A stretch of DNA of 64,000 nt from Amoebophrya sp. A120. Taxonomy: Eukaryota > Protista > Dinoflagellata. Under the pieces are notes generated by a model. That model ran no database searches. It had not been told where the DNA came from and saw nothing but the letters and a program-made list of their open reading frames with translations. Below are positions 36,515 to 49,100 of the stretch, in pieces. A program made the position numbers and the translations under genes. The stretch is taken from NCBI GenBank assembly GCA_905178155.1, contig CAJINV010000004.1, forward strand, positions 4,334,518-4,398,517, in the 5' to 3' direction. The number at the start of each line of letters is the position of its first letter. Position 1 is the first letter of the stretch.

Positions 36515-39500
36515 ATGATGGCAGAGGAGCATTCCAGCTCTTCTTCATCCTCGTTCTTCCACCCACCGGGCCGGACAGGGTTGTTGACGGGCCGCCTGTC
36601 CAGCGGGTCACTGGGAACAACAAATGTGGGAACAAATGGAGGTGGTGCAACAACGACAACCAATAACATTCCGTCGTTGCACTTGCAGACCAAAAATTCC
36701 CGCGGTCAGCCGTCTGCTGCGAGTTTTTTGTGCAAAAACTACCCGGGTGCAGCAGCGGGGAGTTTGTTGTTGGGAACAACAAGTGCAAGTCCACAAATCG
36801 CGATGGCCGGTGTACATCGCGCTGCTGCCAATTACACCGACGACACACCGGACACTAGTTCTTCGCGTGCCGGTACGCTGTCGACCGCCCGGAGTGAACA
36901 ACAAGCCGTTCGGCCGCCGGGCACGCGGCCCCGCGGCCCGGGCTATGCTGTGAACATGACTGCGGTCGCCGAGGCCAGAAATAAGGTCCCGCTTCTTGCT
37001 GCTACGCTGTCGGCCCGGAAGGAGGGCAAGCTGACTCCCCGTGGCGGTGGAGGTGTTTTTGCGGCTTTGAATGCTCCTGATGTCAACACAGCTGTGGGCA
37101 CGCCGCAGGAAAGAACAAAACAAGAAGCGTTCTTGCAGGATGAAGAGGTCATAGCACCATCTTCGAATCCGCCGCGCGCCGCCACACCTCCGCCGGAGGT
37201 TTCCGGGTCCGCGAAGCGCGCGGCTGCGCGGGGCAAAAGAATGCCGATTTCGGCCTACATGAACGGGACGGCGAGCATCAGCGCTGCTTCGTCGCCGAGC
37301 ACAAAAACTGGACCACCATCTGCTTTATCTAGTTCGTCCGCGGCAACGCAACTCCGACCAGCAAGTCCACCGAAGCAAACGACCGCTGCTGCCACGTCGA
37401 CGAGCAGCCGCTTCTCCCCGCCGCGGGGCCGGTCAGCCACACCGGAGAAAACTTCTGCGGTCAGCCCGTTGTATCAAATGTAAAAATGTCTGGGTCTGGA
37501 AATTTCTGAGACTCGTCATGCACGTTTTGCATGGGCCATGATGTCTGTGATGCATGTCCTAGCACCAAAGACTTTTTGAGGGCTTCGCGATGCCTATTCC
37601 GCATGGCAAATGCCCTCTCCGCGTAGCCAAAATTGCACTCCCTTTGCTGCTTATGCAATACAGTTTTTTTTGGAAACCAGATGCAGCATCACAAGTTTGC
37701 ATTCTTCCAGACCCAGACATTTTTGCATTTGATACGTTGGCGAAAATGTTGAATCTGAATGTCGGAACAACAATATGAGAGTGCACAACTCCCCCTCCCC
37801 CTCATTTGTAATGCAAAATACCAAATTCACACCTTGCTCGTAGGCACTGTGAGCATGACAAATTTTGGAACCTCAAATAGTACTACAATCCGCACGCAGA
37901 TTTGTCATGCGAAAGCCCCTTTTCTGCTGTTGCTTGTGTTGCTGTTCATGCAATACAAATGAGGGGGAGGGGGAGTTGTGCACTGTTATAAACAAGAGCA
38001 GTTCTTGGCACCACTGGCCCCTCGCCGCGAGCGGATGCTGTGATGAAAGCTGCAGCGCCGCAGACGCCCAATGCTCGCAGTGCCTCCCCCCCGAAGTCCC
38101 CCGTGGCTGCAGCGTTGAACGTCGTGCAGGTTTCTGTGTTGGGTGGACCTGGTGCTGGAAGCCGGTCGCGGGCCCGGTCTTCCCCGAAAAGTACCGGCGC
38201 GGCGGTCGCGGCCGCGTTATATCCACAGAAAAAAACCCATCCACATCCATTTTTTGCATGGCAAACACATGGCTTGATACGTGTTTTGCATGACAAATTG
38301 GATGTGGATGGTTTTTTTTCTGTGGGTACGTTCCGCGGAGAAACGCCGACCCGGACACGGCGAAAGGCCGCGTCGCCAGTATTTTCGGGCGTCACGTTTC
38401 CGAGGGCGGTATTTAGTACTATCCGTAACTTCTTCTTTGGACAGCACCCTTCTTGATTCATTTCTGAAACTACATTCTTGTACTGATGTGATTTTCAGAA
38501 GAAGTGCCTCGAGAGAAAGAAATGGTAGAAATAAGCCTTAGTGACGACCATTACATCTTCTCGCCATGCTGGTTCATATCTGGAGGACGTTTATGGTTTC
38601 ATTAATAACTGAATGTGAGCAACACAGCAGGAGCATGATGCTCAAGTGCTGACTTGTATAGATACAAAGCACGATCTACTTAAACGTCAATTCACGAAAC
38701 CCAGCCCCGGCAACCACGGAGGAAGCAGCCTCATCCCAAGCCTCGGCAACTTTATCCACAGAAAAAAACCCATTCACATCCATTTTTTGCATGACAAACA
38801 CAGGACTTTATGTATGTTTTGCATGACAAATTGGATGTGGATGGGTGTTTTTTCCTGGATAAACTTCTCCAGGAGGCGACAGAGTCGGATGAGCAAATAA
38901 CGCAGAAGCCGCCTCAAGGACAAGCGCAAGAGCAAGAAACCGAGACCAAGAGCAGATTTGACGCCCTTCCCTACAGTACAGCTTTAACTTTATCTTGTTC
39001 ATCGTCAACAACATGAACAAGATCAAGAACATCAACATGGATAGAAGCTTCATGATTTCATCATTTTCAACAAATGGATTTTCGATAAGCTCGCCGTGGC
39101 CTACTTTCTCTCTATGTCTACGAGGACGTCGTGCGATAAAATACAAATCCTAGATGACGCAGATGAACCAAAATTACATTTGCATGTCACTCCAAACACT
39201 CAACTTCTAAAACTCTAACTCTCACCACCCTCCAGAACCGCCCCAATTGAGTCTGACCACCGCACCCCACTGGAATGCGCCAAAGTACGTCCGCGCTTCT
39301 GTGAATGACGGCACACTGAACAGCAAGGAAGTGCCGGCACTGCAACTCCCCAAGGGCATCGCCGGGTGGCAGTCCAGTCCGCGCTTGACGCCGACGGAAG
39401 ACTTAAACAAGCAGCTCCCGTCGAGCCCAAAGAGCCCGCTCCACCGGTCCCGGGACAACTCCACGCACTTGGTACCACCAAAGATCGAAACGCCGGGCAG

Positions 39501-42500
39501 GATCGACACCACCGCCGGGCTGGCATCGACCGCCAAAGAGCTGCGCGCGCAACTCACCGGGAGGCTACAGGTGCGTTTTTATTTCGTGTTTTTCTTTTTT
39601 GTGTATTGATGTGAATTCAAATCAATGCATTGACCGCGTATTTCGCATGCGATATTATTTTGGTGTTACACTCCACAAAACAGGCTGTTGACCTGACGGC
39701 CCCGAAACAGTTGCCGAAAACTCCGGACCTCCTTTCCGCACGAACACCACCACCACCGTCGGCCGAACGCTATGCGGCAGGCCAAGGGAGAGGGGGTGAT
39801 GTACAACGAGATGCTCCGGAACAAGATAGGCAGTTGAAGCCCGCCGTGGGGGAACAAGAAGCCACTGCAAAAGATGGAAATGGTGCTACAACATCTATTC
39901 CCAATGCGCCGATGATGATGAATCAGGAAACACCCGCATCAACACGAACACAAGAAGACAAAAGCCTGCAGCTGGAAGCAGGCGCCTCGCTCTTTTTCGA
40001 CCCAGCAGCCATCATGGTGGGCGCCGCGAAGACGTTGCGAGCCCAGGGAAAGGTCCTCCACCACACGCCGGGCCGCGTGTCGCTGCCGGTGAGTGCCCGC
40101 CCCGGGGCATTGAAGGTGGACGGGAATATGAAACGAAGCCCCGTCGGCGATGGGGCGGCGGGACCAACCAGTATCAAATGCAAAAATGTCTGGGCCTGGA
40201 AGAATGTTGCAAGATTTGTCATGCATGTTTCTCATGACCCATGATGCCTGTAATGCTTGACCTAGCATCGCAGACTTTTAGAGGGCTTCCTGATGCACCT
40301 TCCGCATGACAAATGCCCTGTCCGTGTGGCAAAAACTGTACCTCTCTTGCTGGCCATGCAATACAAATTCTTTTAGAGTCCAAAAACAGCATGACAAGTT
40401 GCAATCTTCCAGACCCAGACACTTTTGCACAGCATAGCGAGTCTTCTGACCGCGGAGCAGAGCGAGATCCGGCGCATGGCGTCAGAGGCGGGCACGAAGG
40501 TGATCCAAGATTCCGTATACATTGCAAGAATGTCTGGGCCTGGAAAGTTGTGATGCAAGGAAGGGAAGAGTGAGCACATTGTAATGCGCTGCCCAGCATA
40601 ACAAGTTTTTCCGTGGTTTAGAGTTGCGCACTCCGCATGAGAAACTGCGTTGGTTTTTGCATGACAGAAAAGAGGAGTTTTTCGCGGGCACGCAATACAG
40701 AGCTGCGAGTCATGCCAGACTAGCATGACAAACTATCTCGCAATTTCCCAGACCCAGACATATTTGCAGTGTATATTCCGCGGACCACAACAACAGCGCC
40801 ACCTCCCGCGCGACCATCCTGACGCACCCGCATTTGCCGGTCCACCCAGGCCAGGACCCGTTCAGCGCTCGCCTGACTAGTAGTGCGGCGGAAGCGTTCG
40901 CGGAATTGGAGGGGGTGCGGAGGCAACAGGACCTGGCCTTTCAGGAGAAGGAAAAGAACCTTGTCAGGAGCAATAATGAAAGCAGCCATTTGCTCCTGTC
41001 GGACCTCGTGAATGGAAAGGCGTTCAGCATCACGACCCGCGGGTTGCCCAAAATCCACACGACCTTGAACGCGTTTAAGCGCCACGGAAACATCTGGAGT
41101 GCACGATTCGGGAGCAATCTGGAGGGAAGCAACATGAACGACAACGCCACTGACTTCTACGAGGAGGCCAAAGACTTCGCCTTACTGCACTCCACGGAGT
41201 CCATTCACGAAGACCTGATGTCCCAAACCCCGCGGGGGTTGCTGCGGAGTCCCGTACCCGTGGCGGTGATCGGGGACAATTATGTCAAGGGTGTTCCCGC
41301 CTCTCCGCCCACGATCAACTACATGTTTCGCCCACTGGAGGAGGAGTTTGTCGTGGCACGCAAACTTCCAGTTCATCCCGCGGCAGAAAGATCAGAAGCA
41401 GCCGTGTTGGCCGAACAAGCTGAAGAAAACTATGCGAGAAATGAACTGCCCGAGGAACAAGAGGAACTGCAAACGCTGCTGTTGGAGCGACCGCTGATCA
41501 TTGGGGCCTCGAACCATCTGATGCCCCCGATGAAAAGCCCGGTTGATCAGGAGGTCGCGTCCAAGGAAACGGTAGAGCAGTTAAGTGCAGCTGCTTCCCC
41601 CGCAGTGGACCACAACCAGAAAGCGTTGTTTAGTCCCGACACGATTTTAAGGATGAACAATATTAAAACCGGTGAAAATCTTCCCAAGGGCCAGAAAAGC
41701 ACCACCAGCAGCGGGATTGCCATCACTTCGGTGATATGAACTGTAAAAGTATCGTACTCGTATAAATGCATTACAAACTTCCCCAGCATGACAAAGAAAA
41801 TTTGTAATGCGGATTTACTCTCTACTGTATTTTCTAAGTAATTTATTGCACTTCGTAAAGTTCACGTTTAATTTTTGTCTAAGCTCATCGTGTTATACTC
41901 TCTACTGTATTTTCTAAGTAAATACTACTTTTCTCTCGTGCACCATCAGAAGTGCACTGAATCGCGAGGGTATGACGATGAATGGCTTGGACTCCAAACC
42001 TCGAGTTAGGTGCCACGCCCCCGGCCCTTCGGCTTCGCGGCTGAGGGGTTGGGTTTCGTTGTGACGGAAAGTATAGTCTTTGCACAGCAACGTGAATCCG
42101 ATTTACTTGCTGCTGCTGTGTATGTTTTGTATGACATGCTACCAAGTATGTCTTTGCCTTTCGTGAAAATGTGTGATGATTTGTATGGTTGCCTGCGCTT
42201 CGTTGCTACTGCACTTCCTTCGTTAGTACCTGTTTCCTCGTATGGAGCTAGATCGCAAATTCGTACGCTCCTCATTCCGAAAAGTCCGATCTTCCCTGCC
42301 TTCCCCTCATGCCCACGTAGATGTAGGTCGCTACCCTTTTACTTCCTCTCTGCCGTGTAGTTTTGTCTTCTTATTTGTTTCATCCTTGTACTAGCGCTAG
42401 TTCGCGGAACCCGCTTCCTCGCAGGGGCAGCTGTTTTTTTTTCCGCCTTGCCAGCGGGTTTGTTTGGGGGGATACGACAGTATCGGCGTCGGGGGAAATC

Positions 42501-45306
42501 GCCGATGGGATACGACCGTTCGGGGAGCGACTGGCCAGGCGGGGAAAATAGTGATGCGGTGTCGGGTCTCGCAGCTCCACTTCTCCGTCTTATTTCCGTC
42601 TTCGGGTGCCTGGCTTTCTTCTGCGCCTTTTTCCGCTGGGGCTCATCTTTGCATGACATAGGAGAATATCTCAATATAGAAACAGGGCTAGTAGAAATAA
42701 TTAGAATTAAAATTTTATTGGTTTACGTAACCGGGGGGCGGCTTGATGTCTGCGGCGGATGATGACAGTGTGCACATTCCTACAAATACATGGCTGCCGG
42801 GCTGCTTCCCGGTTGGTCTAGTACAAAAAAACATTTTGGCACTGATCCGCTAAACACCTTGCTGCCTACCCCGCCCGCTCGGGGGATAATTATCTCTAGA
42901 CAGGGCACCGTCTGCGGTTGTCCTTTAGGGCGTTCGAGTCTAGATAGAATGCTACCATGCGTAAATCTTTCATTTTGCATGGGCTCCTGGTGGCTGCTTC
43001 CACCGTCGGGGAGTATAATCTGACCAAACATAAGTCATTGACCACTGGGTCGCTGTGACGCCGTGCCTGCACGCACCATCAGAAGTGCGACGAGGTGCCA
43101 ATCGTGTTGATGCACGCACCATCAGAAGTGCGTTGATGCGCGAGGGTCGTGAATGAATGAATGAATAATTTATTGGTTTTAGTAAGGCCTGATGCCACAA
43201 GGGACGAACTGCCCGTAGACCTCCGATGTAATGCGGATTTACCTTTAAAAAAAGGGCTTGTAATGCATGATTGCAATACGAGTGCGATACTTTTGCACAG
43301 GATAGGTGAAAAAGGAGCTGGTGACGGGTTGGCGCCCCGAAATTGACGAGGCGGGCAATGTCGTGTGGTACCCGGATTTTTCCTATCAACTGCAAAAATG
43401 TCTGGGTCTGGAAGAATGCCAAACTTGTCATGCAGGTTTTCCATGACCCGTGAGGTCTGGAGTGCGGGACCTAGCATGACAGATTCTTTGATGTCTCTCT
43501 CATGCCTAAACTGCATTACAAACTCCCTCTTAGCCTGGTCAAAAGAGAACAACTTTTGGTGATCACGCAACACATATTTTTGTGTGACCCACAGGACGGA
43601 TCACAAGTTCCAACCTTCCAGACCCAGACACTTTTGCAGTTCATATTTCCCCCGTCTCTCTCGTTCACCCCACGTTGGATTCCCGTGTGCACTTCCCGCA
43701 CACGGCCAACGCCGCGGCCAAGTCGTTTAGCCACATCGGGGGCAATTTCCACCGCATCAGCCAGAATCACGACGACATGCTGAACGGGGTCTTGCGCGGA
43801 GGTGCGGGCGCTGGTGCTACTGCGGCGGAAGGAGAGGCGACTGTAGATGTTGATTCGGAGGGTCCTCCGCGAAATCCAGTCAGTGCAGCAGGGCCCTCGT
43901 CCCGCGGACGAACTGCTGGCGCTCTTAATAATACCGCAAGACAGGAAGGCTTGCGGGATTTCGACACCAATCTGCGGGAGACGGAAACAGGTGTGGATTA
44001 CATGGACCAACTCTGGGCCTCTTTCGAGGACGAGAAGGCCTTTCAGGAATCGTCCATCTACAACGGCTCCAAGGAATCATCTGCGAAAAACCGCGCACGG
44101 AGTGTGAATTTAGACCGAGAAGAGCCGAGTGAAGACGAGGAGGTGTTTCAAGTGATGTCCGGGTTCAAGAGAAACACGATGTTGTCCTCCGCGAACAAAA
44201 GTGATGCTGGCGGACCTGGTCTAGTGCACATCTCGGGAGGTGTTTTAGCCGCGCACCTGTCATCATCTCCGCGAGGCATTCATCCGGCTACGGGTCGATT
44301 CGCCCGGGGATCGGCGAATTCCACGCGCCGAAGCCGGGGAACAACTACCACCGCGATGTTATGAGAGTGCACATCAAGTCCTCCTGGTCCTGCCCCTCAT
44401 TTGTTTAGCATAAACAGCAATGCAAACACCAGGACACGTGGAGCCTATGCATGGCAAATTTGTGTGTCCAATGTTTGTACTCGTACTGTTTGGGCTTTAT
44501 CCGGACTGATGTGTCATGCAACCAGTGCCACAAGGCAGCGACTGGATTTGGGGTTTTGCATGACAAATGAGGGGGACGAGGGGGAGTTGTGCACTGTCAT
44601 AGATGTCTACGTCGATGCAGACAGCCACTTCCACACCCGGCTACGCTCCGGAGTCGGTGCTCTTCCCGCGCCGAGTAGGCGTGGAGCATGAGCAGGAACG
44701 TGTGCTCATGCGGGAGGGCCTGGGGCCGCAGGCACTCACGGTGAAGTCGTCTCGGTCGGTATCGCCTTTGGAGGCGGGTAGGAGCGCGAAGAGTGTCGGG
44801 CCTTTTAAGAAATCTGTCCTCGCAGCGACCCACTCGCGGAGATCGCTAGCGCAAATGGAGAAGAAGCAGGTACATGTGATGCGTCCTTCTAGAACAAGCT
44901 TATCTAAAAGAAGCGGTCAGCTTTAGTCTGCAAGGATGAACTTTTTGATACTACTTGTTACCATCAATAACACGCTTTTGCGTGTTGGCAACGGCCTGAC
45001 ACACATTGTTGATATTCTTGAAGATGACAGTTCTAATGCGGCCAGCTCACGCTACTTTGGATTTGGAGATAGAGATGCTGGAAGAGGATACAAAAAAATA
45101 ATGCATGTGTCGGCAACAAACAACAGGAGCAACAAGCAGAAGACCGGTATAGCCGGAACATGGCGCTGGCCTTCTACGGCGAAATGGAAGATGACAGCCT
45201 CACCAGTCAAGAGACCCTGGCCCGGGGCGCAAAAAAGGAAGACGCAGCCGCATCACCGGAGAAAACGCAAGCAGACCCTGCCGACGGCTTGATTTTATTT
45301 CAGTGA
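36515..45306 (+). CDS. Very large S/P/T/A-rich hypothetical protein; 9 introners plus GT-AG introns (38409-38704, 38976-39235, 39571-39683, 44870-45126)
   Basis: Every junction can be joined in frame to a stop at 45304-45306; mostly low complexity; no domain recognised. Confidence 0.68.
37472..37734. mobile_element. Introner family A, 263 bp
   Basis: Family A TIR; DR cgttg/cgttg; opposite internal orientation to 24244-24505. Confidence 0.92.
37774..37990. mobile_element. Introner family G, 217 bp
   Basis: tatgagagtgcacaactccccctccccctcatttgta / tacaaatgagggggagggggagttgtgcactgttata; DR aacaa/aacaa. Confidence 0.92.
38220..38328. mobile_element. Introner family H, 109-bp hairpin (in-frame, stop-free)
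   Basis: tatccacagaaaaaaacccatccacatcca / tggatgtggatggttttttttctgtgggta; DR cgtta/cgttc. Confidence 0.88.
38753..38861. mobile_element. Introner family H, 109 bp
   Basis: Family H TIR; DR aactt/aactt. Confidence 0.9.
40172..40436. mobile_element. Introner family A, 265 bp
   Basis: Family A TIR; decayed DR accag/gcgag; removal of element + 5 nt restores frame. Confidence 0.88.
40516..40775. mobile_element. Introner family A2, 260 bp
   Basis: Family A TIR with distinct interior shared with 1-175; DR ttccg/ttccg. Confidence 0.92.
41735..43304. mobile_element. Introner family B split by a nested 1.4-kb insertion
   Basis: Left end tatgaactgtaaaagtatcgtactcgta, right end tacgagtgcgatacttttgcacaggata; DR ggtga/ggtga; removing the insert and one 16-bp repeat leaves a 146-bp family B copy. 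Confidence 0.9.
41819..43226. mobile_element. Nested non-coding insertion, 1408 bp, with 16-bp target-site duplication
   Basis: tgtaatgcggatttac at 41803-41818 and 43227-43242; internal 26-bp repeat (41816-41841, 41896-41921); gcaccatcagaagtgc x3; (gaat)4 near 43151. Confidence 0.8.
43384..43645. mobile_element. Introner with family A TIR, 262 bp
   Basis: tatcaactgcaaaaatgtctgggtctggaa / ttccagacccagacacttttgcagttcata; DR tttcc/tttcc. Confidence 0.92.
44360..44601. mobile_element. Introner family G, 242 bp
   Basis: tatgagagtgcaca... / ...gagttgtgcactgtcata; DR gatgt/gatgt. Confidence 0.9.
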
Positions 45307-45748
45307 TGAAGAAGTACTTGTAATTAGATAGTACGACTTACTTTCTTTCGTTCCTTGCATGTTATTTTTTTGGTATACAATTTCTGTTTCACTCGACAGC
45401 GACACTATCATGAGATACACACGAATAGTTTTGAACTTTACAAACTTGTTTACAACTACCTGTCAACTTTACCTTCGATGAAAACTGTACTAGTTGTGCT
45501 GTCCCTTGTTTCAAAGAAAAAAACGATTTTTCCTTGCATTTATCTAGGCACTCCAAAATCGAGGAAAGGAGCAAAGAATTATTTGAATGACCGATTTAGT
45601 TTTAGAGCTTCATGCGCATCACGATTTTTCTGCTTCATGACAAATACGAAAAGTTTCGACTTGTTTTTTAACTCCGAGCAACTAGTTATTCGCATTGAAG
45701 ACGCCTCTTATCAACCTGTAAAATAGTGTGATGTATTGGATATGGATT

Positions 45749-45788
45749 CAAAGTTTTTTATTGACAACCAAAGTTTTTTATTGACAAC
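45749..45788. repeat. Perfect 20-bp tandem duplication (caaagttttttattgacaac x2)
   Basis: Seen directly in intergenic DNA. Confidence 0.9.
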
Positions 45789-46135
45789 TTTTTCATTGAG
45801 TTTGTATGCTGCACACATTGGATTGAATGTACCATTTGCATAGAATACAAATAGATCGAGATGGTGTTGCTTTCCTGATGTTGCCCGGAGAACGTGTATC
45901 TCCTAGAGGTCATCTATCAGGTCGCGGTCCACAAGAATGTTCTTCAAAGAAAAGAAGACGCAAGGATTCTTGAAGCATATGTTGAGAGAGAGAGAAAGAG
46001 AGAGACGCAGACTCAGTCTCAGACTAGAACGCAGTGTGCCGGCGTCAAACCTCCTCCTCGGCTCTATGGTGCTTACATGATTTGACAAATTATCGACATC
46101 TTCTTCACACCAGTAGGCATGTTGACGAGTCGAGC

Positions 46136-49100
46136 ATGATGAACATGTCCCGGTCGTCGTCCCTGCCACAACATCGATGCGTGTGGCCGAAGGACCACCG
46201 CCTCGTCCCGTTTTTTTTGCTCGCCGTTCTTTTCTTCTGGTTCCTGCCTGGCACTCCGTCAGCAGCAGTTCCTGGCCATGTGAGTGGACGCCGTGGAAAT
46301 TTCGCCCTGAGCAGTAGAAATGCACCCGGCCGGTCCACCCAGTCGAGTTCTTCGACTCCGTCCGCTGACGTCTACGCTTCGACGCTCGAAGATCATCCTA
46401 CGCCAGCGCGGCGAGGTTCATCAAATGAAAACCATATTGGATCAACGTCAAGTGGTGCAGGAGGTAGTACTTCCTCCTTATCCACCGGGAGGTCTCTGTT
46501 GGTCCGAAGCAATAACCCCCATGCGCATAATCCGCTGCCCGAAGGAACTTCTGGTACAACAACAAGAAGAGCAAGTCGCTTTTTATCCACCAAGAATAAA
46601 TCGTCAGCCGCAAGGACTAGCCAACCGGACCGCCGACTGACTTCTGCGGAGCTTCGGGTTTTGTTCGCGGTCCACTTTCTCTTTGACGAATACGACGGAG
46701 AGCCGTCTTTTGCGAATACGGAATGCCTGGTTTGCAAGGTGGAAAAAGTCAGCACTAGTACCAATGCTGGTAATACAAGTAAAAATGAAGCAGGATCCGC
46801 AAATAAAATCTCAACTGATGTAGTAGACGAGCGCAGCGGGGGCCACGGCGCAGCTGTCTCGACCACGACAATATCTGACGAAATTTTGAATACGTACACA
46901 GAGGACGAACTGGACAGGTACCTGAGGAACATTTGTAGTTCTCCTTCACAGGATATCCAGGAGAAAACACCCATTCACATCCAATTTGTCATGCAAAACA
47001 CGCATCAAGTCCTTTGTTTGTCATGCAAAAAATGGATGGGGATGGTTTTTTTTCTGTGAATACAAGAACAAGTCGGCCGTGGTACCAGTTCTGATGTTCC
47101 GGCAGAAGGACCAGAAGGAGAATTTTCCGGTGCAGCAAGTAGCCAAGATGCTGCAGCACGTGCTGCTCCTGCACTCGATGCAAGAACTTCTGTGGAAGAC
47201 GACGATGAAAATAGACCACGACGAGAAAGGCCAGCTAATACAACGCGGACCTGCTCCGAAGAACATCCAGCGACGACCTACTCAAGCACCGCCGCCACCG
47301 CCGCACCGATATGCTTGCTGAGTTGCGGGCACGTGGTGTGCCGTAGTTGCGCGGAGCAGCAGCGAGCGCAATCACCTGGGGTGCAGTGCTACATTTGCCG
47401 ACGGGCGAGAAACCCCGCAATGTCCCACCGCCCGCGATGGAGGCTGCATAATGATCTTGCTGCACAGAGGGGTGGACAAGAAGGGAATGATAATCCGCTT
47501 CGCCAAAATGAAAACCTCGAACCGGATATGCAACGCAAAAGTATCGTACTCGTATTGAAATCATGCATTACAAATCCTGTTCTTAAGGCAAATTAGCATT
47601 ACAAATTTCATTTCTCATGCTGAGGAAATTTGTAATGCATTTATATATACGAGTAGGAGTACGATACTTTTGCATTGCATACCGGATTACAGCATCAAGC
47701 TCGGGTCGTTACTTAATCCCACGACCCTCTTCAGCAGCAGGGGAGCTGCAGAAGAACCTGAGACAACTACTGCGGGTGGTGCTGCGCCAGAAACGTCTTC
47801 TTGTGCAACATGCAAATGCCGCGAGGACCTCTGTCCATGGCAGTACTGCTTGCCCGGGCCGCTGTCGGTGGAAAAGGATCTCGACCCGGTTTTGCGACAT
47901 TTCGCGCACGAAGAAGATGTTGGCGTGGACGTCGATCGTAGTGCTGGTGTAGTCCCACTCCCAGGAACTACAGGATCCACCTCGAAAAGAACTTCTACAG
48001 CAGGAGAAGAAGACGAAAATCAAAGAACTCCAGGATATGGATATGATAAGACTTCTACAGAAGATGTAGACAACGATGGAGAGCACCACCTTCACAAGCG
48101 TAGTTCGAAAAGTAGCACGCCGCGCGAAAAGATAAAAATCAGTGATGCCTATCGTCCGATTCTTTGGCGCAGGGCTTTTCGCTACTTGAGGCGTGAGAAA
48201 CGCCAGTTCAATCGCATCGTCGCAAGTGATCATTCTGCCTCACAAGATGGAGTGGTGGGAGCGCAAGATGAACAACCTCCGCAATCCATGCTTAATTTTC
48301 GACGGGGTGAGGATCGGAACGAAATAAATGTTGGTCGGCCTTCTAGAGGTAGTGCCACTTCTACTAGCAGCACTTCTTTTCCACCGAATCGTAGTAGTTC
48401 TCGCAGACACGACTACGACCACTCCCAGGACGACGAGGAAGACGTCAGTCTCTGCGGTGCCTTGCTGCAAAAGCTTGGGCTTACTTCTTGCTCCGAAAGT
48501 TGTGGAACTACAGCTACTGCTTCATCGTCTAGCTCGGAGACGGATGAAGGCGAGATGAGGAACAAGAGCGAAAGTAGAGAGGACCACGACGAGAGCCATG
48601 ATTATCACGACAAGCCTGCAGCAGCTTTTTACACCTGCTCGTCCAGTCGTGACTTCTTTCCTCATTGCAGCGCCGGGACCTCGTCCGTACTGGAGTGCTT
48701 GCTTGGAGGTGGTGGTGGACCACCAGGGGATAGTATGCCGGATGACGAAAACGACGACCACCGGGACGAGGTGGACGGCAGCGCGAGTCGTGGACGCGCA
48801 AACACGCAGAGAAGAAGTTCTACTTCTTCTGGTGGTATAATTTTCACCTCTCGAAAGAACAAGAAGCGCAAAAAGAAAGACCGGCCCTCTGCTCATCTCC
48901 TCGACGGTGGCTCCGTGGTTTCGTTTCTGCAGTTCCGCGCTGCGGTTGACCTTTTAGACAGTGTCGGTTTTCCCACCGTGTGCAAGATTTTGCACCGCAG
49001 CGCACTGAATACGAACACCAGAGGTCGCCTCGTCCACTGGGAGCTGCAGCTGCCCTTCTGGTATCCAGGAAAAAACACCCATCCCCATCCATTTTTTGCA

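Noticed and set aside
41940-43132. gcaccatcagaagtgc repeats as a CRISPR array or hammerhead ribozyme
   Set aside because: Only three irregularly spaced copies, no cas genes, eukaryotic context; the reverse strand has CUGAUGG rather than the hammerhead CUGAUGA core and no clear stems.
6453-45786. TTGACA hexamers upstream of several genes (6453, 6542, 18983, 19006, 29698, 45761, 45781)
   Set aside because: A bacterial -35 reading is irrelevant here, and a 6-mer in AT-rich spacers is expected by chance; enrichment cannot be shown without statistics.
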